IMG/VR virus record: IMGVR_UViG_3300024299_000002
Direction: 5' to 3' (one strand)
Length of the DNA stretch: 8,454 bases
Origin: a virus
Shown in pieces: positions 7,138-8,454 of this stretch. Under the pieces are notes generated by a model. That model saw only the letters and a program-made list of their open reading frames with translations. It had not been told where the DNA came from and ran no database searches. The position numbers were made by a program, and so were the translations under genes. The stretch's first letter is position 1. Every line of letters begins with the position of its first letter.

Positions 7138-7652
7138 TGGGTTGGCTGGAAGGATTAGGCGCGGGAGCTTTAGGCTTCCTCGGCCAAAGATCCGCTAATA
7201 AAGCCAACTCCGCGCAAGCGGCACGCTCGATGGAATTCCAACGAGAAATGGCTAAAAATGCACATCAATACGAGGTCGCAGACCTCAAAAAAGCTGGCTT
7301 AAATCCCTTACTCTCCGGAACTGGAGGTAAAGGAGCGTCCGCATCTGGCGGCGCACAAGCCAAAATCGAAAACACAGCTAACTCAGCTATGACTTCCAAA
7401 CTACTAAATGCACAAATCAATAAACTAAACGCTGAAACTTCAGCCGTTCAAGGCGGTATACCCGCCAAAACGTTCGGCACAGATTTTATGGACTGGCTAG
7501 GCGAAGCCTATCAAGGATCAGCCACTAAAAACTTGTTAGACAAGTGGAACGATTACACCGCTACACAAAATAATTCCGCTAAACAAGGCTATAATAAAAA
7601 CAAAAAACTACGAATATACATAAATAAATCAAAAGAAGACCTCGCTAAATAA
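7137..7652 (+). CDS. VP2: VP2 minor capsid / DNA pilot protein, 171 aa
   Basis: TAATG overlap with the VP1 stop. The core (GFLGQRSANK...PAKT) is conserved with unit A. The N-terminal 12 aa and C-terminal 56 aa are unrelated to unit A. Confidence 0.8.
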   Translation: MGWLEGLGAGALGFLGQRSANKANSAQAARSMEFQREMAKNAHQYEVADLKKAGLNPLLSGTGGKGASASGGAQAKIENTANSAMTSKLLNAQINKLNAETSAVQGGIPAKTFGTDFMDWLGEAYQGSATKNLLDKWNDYTATQNNSAKQGYNKNKKLRIYINKSKEDLAK

Positions 7653-7663
7653 AGGAAATTATC

Positions 7664-8122
7664 ATGAAAAGAACAAACGGCACAAAACGCTTCCAAATCA
7701 AATTCGACCAAAACGACGGCCGAACCCAACAACATCAAAAAGATGAATGTGATATTAATCTCATCATCAAACGCCACACTCCAGAGCAAATCGCTCTAAT
7801 GGCTACACAAAACGAAGGCCAATATGGCGACGCAACTTCCGTCGACTATCATGCCGCACAAAACATTATTGCAAACGCAAATACAATGTTTAACGAATTA
7901 CCTTCGGATATCCGAAACCAATTCAATAATGATCCCGCAATCTTCTTAGATTTCACATCTAATGAAGCTAACTATCCCGAAATGATAGAAATGGGCATCA
8001 TGACTCAACCAGACGTTCAAGATAGAACACCTATCACTTCTGAACCAACTGTGAGCGTAAGCGAACCCGTCAGCAAAGCTGACGATAGCGCTAGCGTAAA
8101 TGCCTCGCAGAGTACGTCGTAA
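7664..8122 (+). CDS. VP3: VP3 internal scaffolding protein, 152 aa
   Basis: The first 113 aa are collinear with unit A and the C-terminal tail has diverged. It stops at 8120..8122, 3 nt before the GC hairpin. Confidence 0.85.
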   Translation: MKRTNGTKRFQIKFDQNDGRTQQHQKDECDINLIIKRHTPEQIALMATQNEGQYGDATSVDYHAAQNIIANANTMFNELPSDIRNQFNNDPAIFLDFTSNEANYPEMIEMGIMTQPDVQDRTPITSEPTVSVSEPVSKADDSASVNASQSTS

Positions 8123-8125
8123 GAC

Positions 8126-8145
8126 CGCCCCGAATAGGGGCGTTT
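8126..8145 (+). terminator. Hairpin CGCCCC-GAATA-GGGGCG followed by TTT (intrinsic-terminator-like)
   Basis: Perfect 6-bp GC stem (8126..8131 / 8137..8142) with TTT at 8143..8145, immediately after the VP3 stop. The T-run is short. Confidence 0.4.
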
Positions 8146-8147
8146 AA

Positions 8148-8171
8148 ACAGTTACCACTTGATGTAACTGT
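8148..8171 (+). promoter_or_regulatory. Candidate (+)-strand origin stem-loop (unit B copy), loop CACTTGAT
   Basis: Identical to 3877..3900. It is fully non-coding in this unit. Confidence 0.5.
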
Positions 8172-8202
8172 ATGGAGTGACACCGTATAGGTGGAACTCC
8201 AT
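8172..8202 (+). other. Compound hairpin (unit B copy)
   Basis: Identical to 3901..3931. Confidence 0.55.
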
Positions 8203-8233
8203 AAAAAACCACTAAAAAAAGGAATAAAAAACA

Positions 8234-8347
8234 ATGCAATACTTACTTATAAAAATACTACTAGGAATGCTAAAAACAACCCTAATTCCTTTAATAACTA
8301 AATTTCTTGAAAAGAAATTAAAACAACTTGACATCGACAAGTTATAA
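8234..8347 (+). CDS. Hypothetical 37-aa hydrophobic/amphipathic peptide (unit B copy, L21I)
   Basis: Same frame, length and stop position as 3963..4076. Confidence 0.35.
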   Translation: MQYLLIKILLGMLKTTLIPLITKFLEKKLKQLDIDKL

Positions 8348-8348
8348 T
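8320..8348 (+). promoter_or_regulatory. Possible promoter (unit B copy), -10 TATAAT at 8343..8348
   Basis: Positional equivalent of 4049..4077. Confidence 0.2.
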
Positions 8349-8372
8349 CAAATAAACTAACGGAGAAATACC

Positions 8373-8454
8373 ATGAAACGTAGAACAAAACTATCTAAAT
8401 CAAAATCTCGTAAATACTTCAAAAAAACCGTAGATAAAACTCATAAGTTTAATT
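8373..8454 (+). CDS. ORF8: 5' part of the ORF8/J-like basic protein (runs off the window end)
   Basis: Identical over the 82 nt available to 4102..4183. Same GGAG RBS. Confidence 0.65.
   Translation, partial: MKRRTKLSKSKSRKYFKKTVDKTHKFN
8428..8454 (+). repeat. Start of a third unit; exact 27-nt copy of nt 1..27 and 4157..4183
   Basis: The string ccgtagataaaactcataagtttaatt occurs at 1, 4157 and 8428. Confidence 0.95.

Larger units (their letters stand above)
4157..8427 (+). mobile_element. Gokushovirinae-like microvirus genome, unit B (complete circular permutation, 4271 nt, diverged from unit A)
   Basis: Same gene order as unit A. The 115 nt of extra length is accounted for as Rep +57, VP5 upstream and spacer +4, VP1 +39, VP2 -3, spacer -1, VP3 tail +19. 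Confidence 0.9.

Noticed and set aside
1-8454. A simple recent tandem duplication, or an artefactual double traversal of one circular genome by the assembler.
   Set aside because: The two units differ by many substitutions, by unalignable cassettes and by 115 nt in length, so they are not two passes over one sequence. A chimeric join of two strains remains possible and is listed as an alternative in the first finding.

Overview
The window holds two complete, head-to-tail, non-identical genomes of a Gokushovirinae-type microvirus (Microviridae, ssDNA, T=1). All genes are on the + strand. Unit A is 1..4156 (4156 nt) and unit B is 4157..8427 (4271 nt). A third unit starts at 8428, and the last 27 nt of the window exactly repeat nt 1..27. 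Both units have the same gene order: basic ORF8/J-like peptide, VP4 (HUH rolling-circle Rep), VP5, VP1 (major capsid), VP2 (pilot/minor capsid), VP3 (internal scaffold), a structured non-coding region, and a 37-aa hydrophobic mini-ORF. I saw no host genes, integrase, tRNA, rRNA, CRISPR array or transposase. The units are near-identical around the non-coding region, ORF8 and the Rep N-terminus. Much of the rest differs by silent changes: the C-terminal ~245 codons of VP1 differ only synonymously, while other shared regions also carry scattered amino-acid substitutions. They are completely different in a few discrete cassettes: the VP1 surface loop, the VP2 N- and C-termini, the VP3 C-terminus, and a 57-nt size difference in Rep. 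The main leads are the heterodimeric tandem arrangement itself, a conserved stem-loop whose loop carries ACTTGAT (the phiX174 gene-A nick motif), a GC hairpin with conserved structure but different sequence, and the conserved mini-ORF as a possible membrane or lysis peptide. Gokushoviruses have no known lysis gene. All protein identifications rest on my recognition of family-typical sequences and motifs, not on database searches.
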